A stretch of DNA of 60,188 bases, the filler included, from Hausera hauseri (taxonomy: Eukaryota), in NCBI GenBank assembly GCA_046269625.1. It is 11 parts of 11 records of this genome, joined end to end, with 100 filler letters (N's around TTAATTAATTAA, not from the genome) between each part and the next. Parts side by side here need not be neighbours in the genome. Positions count along the whole stretch, not along the records: positions 1 to 4,705 come from JBJURY010468467.1; positions 4,806 to 9,882 come from JBJURY010343156.1; positions 9,983 to 13,981 come from JBJURY010829194.1; 8 more parts are not named here. One strand, given 5' to 3'. The notes below the pieces were generated by a model, which had not been told where the DNA came from, ran no database searches, and saw only the letters and a list, made by a program, of their open reading frames with translations. The position numbers were made by a program, and so were the translations under genes. Shown here piece after piece: positions 1-10,579 of the stretch (position 1 is its first letter; each line of letters begins with the position of its first letter).

Positions 1-1400
1 TTGAATTCCAATATAAACCTGGTGTGAAACCCGTTGATACAAATGCGTTGTCACAATTAAAAACGAAAGCAAGTGCTTTTGTTACGATGAAGAAAAACCA
101 GCTCGATGAGTTAGTAAATCGACAGCGAACCTTACCGTCGGACGGAGGAACTAGAATTTCGAGCGAACAAAAGAAAGATCGAATTATCCAACAAATCATC
201 GATTTCGCTGAAGCAAACGTAATGCCAAAAGGGCACCAGTTAAGGAAACATCTACAACGACATGGACATAAATATCGTGTCTCCGAAAACAAGAACAATG
301 AAAAAGTGTTGTGTTACGAACGAAAGGGAAGAAAATTAGTAGTTATACACAAAATTATACGCACTGAAGTTTTAATGGCCAAACACAATTCGTATTTGGC
401 AGAACACATGTCCTGGAAGAATACGTTAGATATGGCGTTAATCAAATACTATTGGCTAGTATATATATTGCTGTGAAAAATTGGGTAAGCTCGTGCGAAG
501 TATGCGCAACTATGGAGAGGAAAATGCGGAATTACATAGCAGAGATGAAACCGATAGCTCTACCAGATAGGCCAATGCAAGCCATGTCAATGGACATCGT
601 ATGACCACTACACACAACGCACAAAAATAACAGATATATACTAACTTGCGTCGATTGTTTAACTCACTTCGTAGAGTTAGTAGCGTTATATGATTAGAAA
701 GCAGAAACACTAGCCGAAGCCGTGGTAAGGAAAATTATCTGTAGATACTAACTAATCGAAGGAGAAACTTCACCAGCGAACTATTCGATAAAATTGCGAA
801 AATATTGGAAATCGAGAGATTAACTACGACAGCTTACCATCCCCAATGTAATTTAATAGTTGAGCGTATGAATGGTACTGCGATACGAATACTGTCAACC
901 GTAGTCGCAAAGTATCAGAAGGATTGGGATGAATTTCTAGAAGGCACACAATTTGCCATCAATAAAACACCGCACCCCGTGACGGATTTTACACCGTTCT
1001 TCATGATGTATGGACGAGAAACAGCTTTACCTACGGACTTAGGAATGATTCCGTATTAAGCAGACATTAAAGAGCTAGAACCAAATTTTGTTGAAGTTCT
1101 ACAAGTCAGACTACAAAAGTGTTGGGCAGTAGCAAAACACTATCCTTAGAATATCAAGAAGGATTTAAGAAGTAATACCACAAGACGGCAAAACTGTACG
1201 ATTTAAGAAACGGAGATAGGGTTTATATGCACTATCCCGTAGCTAAGAAAGGCATATCGTTAAAGCTCACACGTACCGGAAGAGGACTTTATGAATTTAT
1301 CAGAATCACACCCACCACCGTGTATATCAATAAAAACAAAAAAAGAAATCGTGTCAGTTAAACAAGTAGTGAAGACGGAGATAAAACCGGATAAACGACA
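1..1400 (+). pseudogene. Ty3/Gypsy pol 3' end (integrase), degraded
   Basis: HHCC zinc finger (HNSYLAEH...SCEVC), core remnants (TTAYHPQCNLIVERMN, DWDEFL, TPFFMMYGR) and a GPY/F-like tail. Broken by stops and frameshifts. Confidence 0.88.
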
Positions 1401-1482
1401 CCAATTGCGTATAAAGGATACGGAAGTAAATCAGAAGACAAAATGTAAAAAATCCAAAAGCTTATCTATAGTTACTAGACCT

Positions 1483-2795
1483 ATGTCCTAAGTGCAGATA
1501 GTCTTAACACTATCACTGATAGTTTTATATATTCCGAAAGCAAGGGTCAAGGAGGATTAATGCAACAACTAAATAAATGGATAAAGGATCAATTGATAGA
1601 AACAAAAAGAAACGACTTAAGCACCTTAGATCGATTCAAAGTCCAAAGTATAGATCCAAAACGAGACTGTGTGTTATTTAAGATGGATGGTGCCGTGAGA
1701 AAATCAGTAAAATACCAAGTAGTTCTATAGAACGCGAATAAACGAGTAATGACCCATTGCGATTTTTCGTATGGAGCTAAAGAAAGATGTTGTGTCAAAT
1801 TATGGAAACACTTAAACCTTTACAATACGAATGAACTATAAAAACTACGAACGCACACAAGGCACAATAAGACCGCAAGTAAAACTAGTAATACCCGTCA
1901 AAGAACAGATCAATGCAACAGAGTTCGGTGACATAGTACAGTCAACCGGCCCACTTAGATGGGCGTTGAATAAAAACATAGTTGGTATTTCCGAAGATAA
2001 GAAAAACAAGTGTATCCAAATAAATACAAAGGGTAGATTGCCAAAAAACCAGGAGATCTCAATCCAATTTACTAAAATAAACGAGTTAATTTCATCTCCC
2101 AATTACTGTAGCATCAAGAACAAAGATCTTAGGATCTGTTGTAAAATCTCCCAAGGTTATAAATATAGGATTCATTTGGACATCTATGGAATTCAAATAA
2201 ATAAATTGCACATTTATTTAGGAAGATATTATCCGTACAGTAGAGTCTGGAAAATTGCAGCTGAAACAAAGACGACGAGACAGACTGTTTCAGTAAGCAC
2301 TACGACAAAGAAGAAGAACAAGAAGAAATTACTTAAGATCCCTGTAAAGTGCTAGACACAGCAACGCAAAATAATATTTTTGGTTGAAGAAAAGCTCAAC
2401 TATAATGTCGAAATAAATTGCCGTACGATGTATAAGAATATAAAAACAACTTTATTGAAAGGCATATATCACACCAAATGCAACTCATTAGTACCAAAGA
2501 CAGAATACATAATACAAATGCATGCTAAAGGCCTGCAGAGCCGAACCTTCGCAATACAAACCCTAGAAGAAATACAAATGGCACCACATGCAGACAAAAA
2601 CGCAAGACAGGAAATCACTACAGCGATAACGACTACAAAACCCGAAGGGTTGACTTGTCAACGCTTGTGCTTATAATATGCATCGCAATATTTCAATTAT
2701 TTGCCATAAACTGCCTAACTAAACATCTTAAAATCATAGAACGAGAATTAAGGGTATTGGAACCCCAAGAATACGTTTATGATAAAATAACCTGA
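1483..2795 (+). pseudogene. Retroelement-encoded type-I membrane protein with FN3-like domain, disrupted
   Basis: Signal-peptide-like start (MS*VQIVLTLSLIVLYIPKA), two Cys-patterned segments ending in CC, FN3-like motif CNSLVPKTEYIIQMHA, Thr-rich stalk, TM segment (LVLIICIAIFQLFAI) and tail ending YDKIT*. Homologous to 54580-54966 (-). Confidence 0.6.
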
Positions 2796-2859
2796 CAATT
2801 ACAGATCGGGTTATTCTGTCGTCAAACAAAGAATTGGTTTTGGTTCAAAACCACTTTTG

Positions 2860-2896
2860 TCATAAGATTAACCCTTACTGTTCATTTTTTAGACTG
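2860..2896 (+). promoter_or_regulatory. Putative splice acceptor upstream of the second accessory ORF
   Basis: TTAAC branch-like motif, pyrimidine tract, then TAG|ACTG immediately before the ATG at 2897. The same arrangement is conserved at 54479-54515 (-). Confidence 0.5.
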
Positions 2897-3737
2897 ATGA
2901 GTAAAGAGAGAGATACAAAAATTGGTACCGGACGACCTAGGATCGACGGACCACTATCTATCCAAGAACGAGAACGATGTACTATCGATAAATCACCAAA
3001 ACGCCGATTTAGTATTCACGAGGTCTTGCAGAATTACGCTACCATCTTCCTCCCCAAGTCCAAATCAATATATAGAGAAATTAATAACGAATTGCATGAG
3101 AAAACCTTCGTGAAGTATGAGCAGACAAGTAAAATTCCTAACAATTTAAAGGGTATAACGGAAGAAAATAGGATTGTTTACCTTTACGCCATTACAGAAG
3201 ACAAGGATTCCCGAGAATATTCACTCAAACAGATGACCACATGCGAATATCACCAGAATATTTATATCCACCTGGCAGATGGTGAGATATACTATCGGTT
3301 CAAAGACCAATAATGGAACACAAATAACCGAAGGCAATATAGATTTAGTACCCTTAGCCTACATAGCGAAGATTTACAGCATTATGAATTAGAATTCCGA
3401 GTACCCACCCTCCCTGTAAAATTGATGTTTGAAGTAACATACGACGATTACCCCTATATCAAACTGCCACCTTTGAAATTCTGTCAACAACCATCAGAAA
3501 AGGATTTGGACGCATTCTTACAATCTTATAGACTAGGGAAAGATGCCAGAAATACAAGAATCATGGCAATCAGTTGTGGTGAAGGAAATGATGCGCAAAG
3601 GATTCGAAAAACGAACGGAAGTATATTGTACCATTATTAGCCCGGGAAAACGCGTTCGCGAAACATACTACGATACGACAGGAATTTGTAAGAAAACACT
3701 GTCGAGAGGTAGAGACATCAGAAGTGAACCTATGTAG
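2897..3737 (+). pseudogene. Unknown retroelement accessory protein ('IPNNLKG' family), disrupted
   Basis: ORF pieces 2834-3313, 3422-3640 and 3543-3737 align collinearly with 54469-53450 (-): KIPNNLKGITEEN, EIYYR, YELEFR..LPVK, RDIR/KDIR. Confidence 0.65.
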
Positions 3738-3829
3738 ACCAATATATCTCCTAAGACAATCACGTTAGTGCGTCACCTCTTCTGAAGCAATATGCACATC
3801 CGAGCATGCCTCTCAGACAGGAGAAATGT

Positions 3830-4705
3830 TGTAAAGACATCCAATATTGTGAAGACGTACAAAAATTGTAAATACTACTATAAGCAGCATATTTTAAATA
3901 TTTATTATTTTATGGTACTTTCCATTATTGTACAAACTTAGAAATTTGTACAAATATAAAGAAGAAATTTAGCAATAAATTGGTATATTTTTTAAAACTT
4001 TTGGAAAACGCGTTGAATTTGTATTAATTTTTAAATCAGATAATACTAAAAAATTCAGTAGAAACTGTCTATAATTCCAAGAATATGAAATGAAATCAGT
4101 CACGTACGCAGTTGCATTAGTATATAAGCGAGTAGCAGACATGAAAATTTTGAGTTTTATTTGAAGCTATTTTGAGTTTATTTGAACTTCCTTAGAGAAG
4201 TTTAGAAGCTGAATTAAGAATTATCAAGAAGCTGAACTATTGTTGCAGAACTGTTGAATTGTTGAGAAGACAGAATATTCAGAAACTGCCTAGGAGCACT
4301 AATTCGTTGAAGTTATTATTACTGTGGATTGATTCCTGAACCAATTGATTTGAATCCGATACCGGAGCTGTCTACAGACGCTGTATAATTATTTTTGCTG
4401 TAAAATATATTTGTTATTCTAAAATTCTTATATAGTTTTCCATTGCCCCTTAAGGGTGATCTGACTACACTAAGGTCTAAAATTTTACTGTAAAATCGCA
4501 TAGTTAAGAGGAGAATTTTGTTAAACATTTTTGCACAGAACCGCAAGCGAGTACCAACATTAATAATTAAAGTAATTGTTATAAGGCACAATCTCCTTAT
4601 TCGATAACGGTAGACCGTACCTGCATTAAGGTACTCAAATCTCAAGTGTAATTATTGTTATATAGTGGGAGTTGTATAAGGGCCACCGCGATATATAAAA
4701 CGTGT
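3830..4705 (+). repeat. Possible LTR (5' part)
   Basis: Purine-rich AGACAGGAGAAA shortly before TGTAAAG; AATAAA near 3974; TATATAAG near 4121; non-coding. No second copy in the window to confirm. Confidence 0.3.
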
Positions 4706-4805
4706 NNNNNNNNNNNNNNNNNNNNNNNNNNNNNNNNNNNNNNNNNNNNTTAATTAATTAANNNNNNNNNNNNNNNNNNNNNNNNNNNNNNNNNNNNNNN
4801 NNNNN
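4706..4805. other. Artificial contig-joining spacer (44 N + TTAATTAATTAA + 44 N)
   Basis: Identical 100-nt spacers with stops in all six frames also occur at 9883-9982, 13982-14081, 18575-18674, 26360-26459, 31489-31588, 36224-36323, 41789-41888, 45860-45959 and 54967-55066. The window is therefore 11 separate contigs. The N-run at 27109-27269 has no linker and is an ordinary scaffold gap. Confidence 0.98.
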
Positions 4806-5628
4806 ATTGGTACTCTACTTTACCACTTAACAAACAATACATAATCCATACGTGGAGCACGGGCGTTTAAGTCAAAATATATTTAATTACTTCTTCATAC
4901 GTAGCAATTATCTATTTGGTTCCAACCATACAAAATTCCTCAATCCATCTGCACCGCATTTGTCAATTGTTAATATTGGTTGCTTATATAATTTATTTTG
5001 ACTTTACGTTTTCACGTTCTTTTAGGTATTATTTGACCTTAAACCATGTTATTTGGTGTTCTGATATTATTGTATGTAAGTTTTCTGTACTATTTCCTAA
5101 AAAGCAGGCGTTATAATGACGATTCTGGCACAATATACTTATACTCACATAACTTTATGCTTAGACACTATTGATCGAAATCCTACTACTTTCGATGTGT
5201 CATGAATTTAGTTTGATACATTTTTCATCACTTGCTAAAATTTCACAACTTTTAGAAGAACCTTTTATCACGCCTGGATTTGCTGCGCTTCTTTTTGTGT
5301 TACGCATCATACGTTATATATTACGTGTTATATTGTGCAGGTAACGCATTACAGATTACATAATGAATTTACAATACCTTCATAGACCTCAGAGTATCAT
5401 TTAATACTGGATTGAAAACCACGTTTTACACAATACGTTTACATACCTTTCCTAAAAATTAACACGTTTATATAAATATGTAATATGGTTATAATGGGTC
5501 TAAATTTATACACCGACGTAATTTATTTTAGTATATTTAAGTTTCATTATAGCCAATACAATTTCAAATAATTGTAAAATATTAATTTTTCAGCTTCATT
5601 TTATGCGCAAAACTAAACAAAATCATGT

Positions 5629-6165
5629 TTGAAAATGTCTGCTTGTATTACCACAAATTGCGATCCAAATTTAATCCACAATGGAATAAATAAAGTAGTA
5701 ACCGATTTGAGTGAAGCGATAAAACGAGGTCGCGGTAGACCACGTCTGAAAATGGTTGATAATAATATGGAAATTTGTAATGTACCAAAGCGACCTAGAG
5801 GACGACCACCATTAAAGCACGAACATGAAGAAGATGGAACACCCAAGCGAGGACCCGGTAGACCGCGTCTTACAAATGCTATTGAAGAGACAATCGAAGC
5901 ACGTTTAACAAGAAGAAAAGCACGATTACAAAATGGTGAAATGCCGGGAAATACTGTTAAATATGCCGATAGTGATTTTGAATTTGAAGATGAAGAGAGA
6001 GAAAATCGTACAAAATATTGTTTCTCTGTTATTGATAATTATAAGAATAATACTGTTCGAAATCTTATCTTAGATTACAAGATGAGAACAGCTGTTGAAC
6101 AAGAAAAGAGATTTTTTGAAATGAAAAGAAAAGAAAAGGACTTCTTAATTACAGTTATCGTTTAG
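5629..6165 (+). CDS. Triple AT-hook DNA-binding protein (~178 aa)
   Basis: KRGRGRPR, KRPRGRPP and KRGPGRPR motifs; uninterrupted ORF; TATA-like sequence near 5469; AATAAA near 6212. Confidence 0.75.
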   Translation: MKMSACITTNCDPNLIHNGINKVVTDLSEAIKRGRGRPRLKMVDNNMEICNVPKRPRGRPPLKHEHEEDGTPKRGPGRPRLTNAIEETIEARLTRRKARLQNGEMPGNTVKYADSDFEFEDEERENRTKYCFSVIDNYKNNTVRNLILDYKMRTAVEQEKRFFEMKRKEKDFLITVIV

Positions 6166-8425
6166 CGAGTTTCATGAATGCAGCTAAAAACTACAGTGTG
6201 TTTTCTATATCAATAAATGTTGTTTAACAATTAATTTAATTTTTGTTTTCACTTTCAATTCAATTTAAATTTGAATCAAATAAAAATCTCACTTAGTACT
6301 ATAAAAGTGTCATGTATATTTTTTCGTTTATTAACGCTAGTTGGATTGTATTTTAAAAACATTTTGTCACGGAAAATATGACTCACGCTTTAAAAGTTGT
6401 TAGTAAACCCAACATATAGACATTACAAGTAACTTCCACCATGCATAAGGGTCGTTACATCTAACTTGGTTTTGTTTTCACTGTTTTCTTATATCCATTT
6501 CTACAAAATCATTCATTTTAATAAAGAAGTTGTGACATTCATGTTAAATTTGCCTATTTATTATTGTCCAAAACGTAGTACTCTCACACTTACACAGTTT
6601 ATATAATATAAAATAATTAAATTCAATTGCCTATATTTTCTCTATCCTAAAACATCAAAATAAAAGTTAGATTAAACAACTATGTTTCATTATCCTTCCA
6701 CTGATTACTCTATATAAATTTAAAAATGCTAATTTTCAATTTATTATATTACCTTGTATTTTAATACCGAATTCATTGTTTGAATTCAAATTATTAAGTT
6801 CTTTATTAGTATTATCACGTTTCAACTAATCCAATGCACTGACCTCTCAAAACGCCTTCTTGCACCATAATAAAACAGAACTAAATTACAATGTATCCAT
6901 TTGATAAAGCCACAGTTAATGCTATTTCAAAGCACATGCGAAAGATCATTTTCAATTTCTTTATTATCCACATCAATTCATGAAAAAACATATACGTTTA
7001 TTTTGTTCAATTTGGAATAAAGTCATCATTCATGTAATACAATATTTTACAAAGTTGTCGTGGATTTGAAATTCATAATACATGAAGTACACAATTTTGT
7101 ATGATAATGTCACAAATATATCGTTGGTTTCCGTGAAAATTCCAACTATAGTTCTGTACAACAGAGTTATTGGTAGGACATTCATATTTCAATTTGAACT
7201 GAGATTAATTTAAATTAAAATGTCAACGTTTTATTATTATTTATTTTACCTTCTATACTTCTGTACTTTCCATGGTTAAATAATTGTAATATTACAGCAG
7301 CTACATATTGCTATAATTTTCAGTGATGATAAATTTTCGTTGAATAAAATTAATTGATACGTTCAGGGCAATCAGTAAATAACAAAATCACTCATTGGTA
7401 TATTTAGTATGTAAGAAAAATCTGTTCACGCTCCAATGAAAAAGCTTCGCAAAACATAATATACACAAAATCTCACATGAAAAAATGAATAAAAAATTTA
7501 TATTGTATAGTCATGCCTTATGTTTTGTAACCAAATTAATTCAATTTAACATTATTTGAAGAAATGTTTTGTCGTTTTATGGGAAATTGAGTACCAATTA
7601 TCTTGGACACTTCTTCATAAATCTTCTTAATGATAAGTTTAAAAAGGTTCAGAAATAACTTGGGTTTCTCAACCTCAAACGTATGCTTACTTAGGATCGA
7701 ATATGTTGCATGAAATTTTTCCTTATTCGAAGCCAAAGGAATTTATTTATTCTTAGAGGCAGAGTGTGGGGTTTGCCTGATAGATTATTTAGTCCTAATG
7801 AGTTCGAACACTAGGAGGAACACTAGTGCCGTTCTCTTAATTACGAAAGTTTACATTTATGGTTTTCTTATGATCGTTAAAAGAAACGGGTTTAATATTT
7901 ACTTTAAATAAAACCCTATTGCAATACGTACAATGTTAATTAATGTACTTACGATGTTAGGTATGCTATCAATAAAACACTAATTAATAAATATTAAAAG
8001 AACAAAGATAGAATTAAATAATTAAAGGTCTAAACAACCTTCACAATAAGGGATTAAAATAGGCTACGAAAGTTTAGAAAAGAAATGACAATCATTACAA
8101 TAAAACTGAAGTATAACAAATTAAAAGAAACTCACATGAGTTGTAACCATACATGTTGATCAGTGGTCAAGAGTATTTGGGTTTTATTTTCAAAATTTTC
8201 GGTATTTATAGGATTTCAGAGGTATAAGAAAATACCGATAAAATTACAATTAAATAAATAACATTGTGCAAAATCACAAATGAATTAAAAATGACACACA
8301 AAAACCAAAAGAATAATATTGGTTGTCTAGATCTAATCAAATTTTATATTTAAATTAAACAATTGATCAAAGTTAAGTTAAACTAGAATCTCAAATATCA
8401 AAGATTTGAAATTCATAATTTATTG

Positions 8426-9076
8426 TCAACACTTCCGTCCGCAGACAATGCTGTCCTCAGCATTGCTGGCTAAGTCTCCAACGTTCCATTCTCCAAACGA
8501 TAATTCAAAGATTCGTATTGCCGCCATTGATCCTTTTTCAAATTTGAGTTTGAAAGTGATCGACTCTTCCGTAGGGATTTTCCTTTTCTTTCTTTTCGTT
8601 AGGCCAACGAATGTTAGTTCGTGAGGCGTGACGAATGGTGATTGAGATAATGGTTCTAATTTGACGACTGATGATTGTAGTGACTATTTTGGTCGACTTC
8701 TTACCTTTGGAGATTCATCGATATCGATCGATGATTCGAATGATGACTCTGATTTGGAAACTGTTATTTTTGAGGGGTCGTCGATGTCCACTGATTCACT
8801 AAGTGATGGAGCAGTTTCATCGTCCGATAAAGCGAGCGATGTGAACTGTTCATTTTGAAGCTCCTGTATTGATGGTTTAGGTATTGACCCTGTAGTTTCG
8901 TCTCGATATTCTTCCAAGGTATTGTACATATTAAGTATGACTAACGCTTTATCTTTTGTCTTTGTTGGGTAGTTGATATTGTTGTATTTTAATAAAATTT
9001 GTTTCTGGGTCAGTTTTATCTTCGGGTTTATTTGTTCGTTGTGATAAAGGTCTCTGATGCCCATTATGTAGTCCAT
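8426..9076 (-). pseudogene. Unknown Ser/acidic protein with one in-frame TAG
   Basis: ORF 9076-8684 continues in the same frame past the TAG (SLQSSVVKLEP...TKRKKRKIP...CGRKC*) to a TGA at 8426, followed 1 nt later by AATAAA. Confidence 0.45.
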
Positions 9077-9982
9077 GTTAAACAGGGTGATTGGGAGTTA
9101 ATAGTAAATACATACATTCCAACGACCATCTTTTCTGTAAGTTGCTATAGGATAGTAGGCCAAATTTGACATTGATCGGTTTGGCCAATTAAATTAACTC
9201 CTTTTATTCCCATTATTGGGCCATTATAATTATCTGCACTCTCTCGTGGAGTAATAAGCTGGTCAAAGATAAATATTTATTCAAATCCATTAGAGTTCTC
9301 TCCACGAGAGTGGCTTCGGAACGATTGGCTGTGATTAAATAAGAAACATTAACGGCCATTATTACTATCTCGTTTATCGGGACTGTTGTATCCTGGAGAA
9401 GGTGAGTCCTTCCTCTAATTGTGGTCTGCTCGGGAGGGGTGTACTGAAGATGGCTATGTAATATTTTTGATGGTGGATGTTTTCTCTTCTAGTCACTACG
9501 ATGTAAAGAAATGGACTGAGCCTTCCTAAAGTTCTGAGTATTACTGTAGCGTTCGTATAGAGACGCTGATCCAGACAAATAGTAGAAAAAGGTGTTATGT
9601 CAAGTATATCTGCTATATTGTCATTGTGAGCTCTGCTTTTTAATTGCAGGCTTGCTTTTAGTGCCGATATATTTGTTAACCGCTCAGGAGCATCCGTGTT
9701 AAAAATAAGCCTACCAATTCTTTAAAATTCTGAACAACTTTATTTTCAAATATGCAATTTTATACAATCCACAATTTTAATCAAATCCTGTTACTTACTT
9801 TGCTCATTGGTACTCTACTTTACCACTTAACAAACAATACATAATCCATACGTGGAGCACGGGCGTTTAAGTCAAAATATATNNNNNNNNNNNNNNNNNN
9901 NNNNNNNNNNNNNNNNNNNNNNNNNNTTAATTAATTAANNNNNNNNNNNNNNNNNNNNNNNNNNNNNNNNNNNNNNNNNNNN

Positions 9983-10350
9983 TAACGTATTTGTCATATG
10001 AATTGTCTTCCATGGTGACAAAACTGAATCAGCTTATTTCATCAATTGCTATTTGGATAAATAAAGATTTGTAATTAAATTTCTTATGCTTTGTTCCAGG
10101 GTATGACTTTGTTCTAGGGGTGGGAATAGTGAAACCCAATCGGCGCCAGAATGCTTTGTTCCGGGGTGGGAATAGTGAAACCCAATCGGCGCCAACTTCT
10201 TCCCTGATTGGTCAGTTTTCCTTCCTTCCCCCAATGACGTGTCCTCTTCCCATTCGCCAGTTTCACTTCCCCCGATGACGTGTTCTCTTCCAATTGGTTT
10301 CTTTCCTTCCCCGGGGGGGTTGTGGCGCGAAGTACTCACATCCTACTACT
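9983..10350. mobile_element. Maverick/Polinton-type terminus (right end)
   Basis: GC-richer tract with internal direct repeats (GGGTGGGAATAGTGAAACCCAATCGGCGCCA x2; TGACGTGTYCTCTTCC x2) ending CCTACTACT, the reverse complement of the AGTAGT terminus. Confidence 0.55.
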
Positions 10351-10579
10351 GCCGACCTATTCCAGCCCTTTTGTAACTACTCATTGCTAAGTGAACCATT
10401 TTATCGAACTTGAAGTAGTCTGTGAAGCAATATAGGTGCAGGCTAGCCCTTTTGGTAGCTAAACCGCCGAACGAACTCACCGCATGAAAAATTACACAAG
10501 CGTAACTGCCTAGTTACATAAATATAATGCTGACTGATAACATGAAAAGAGATTTGTGCAAAATGTTCTTAATAAAGAG

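Larger units (their letters stand above)
4806..9882. repeat. Self-closing contig: 5,000-bp circle or collapsed tandem-repeat unit
   Basis: 4806-4882 is identical to 9806-9882 (77-nt terminal overlap). Confidence 0.9.

Noticed and set aside
4750-4761. Recurrent TTAATTAATTAA palindrome
   Set aside because: Always centred in 44+44 N. It is an artificial six-frame-stop linker, so adjacency across it has no biological meaning.
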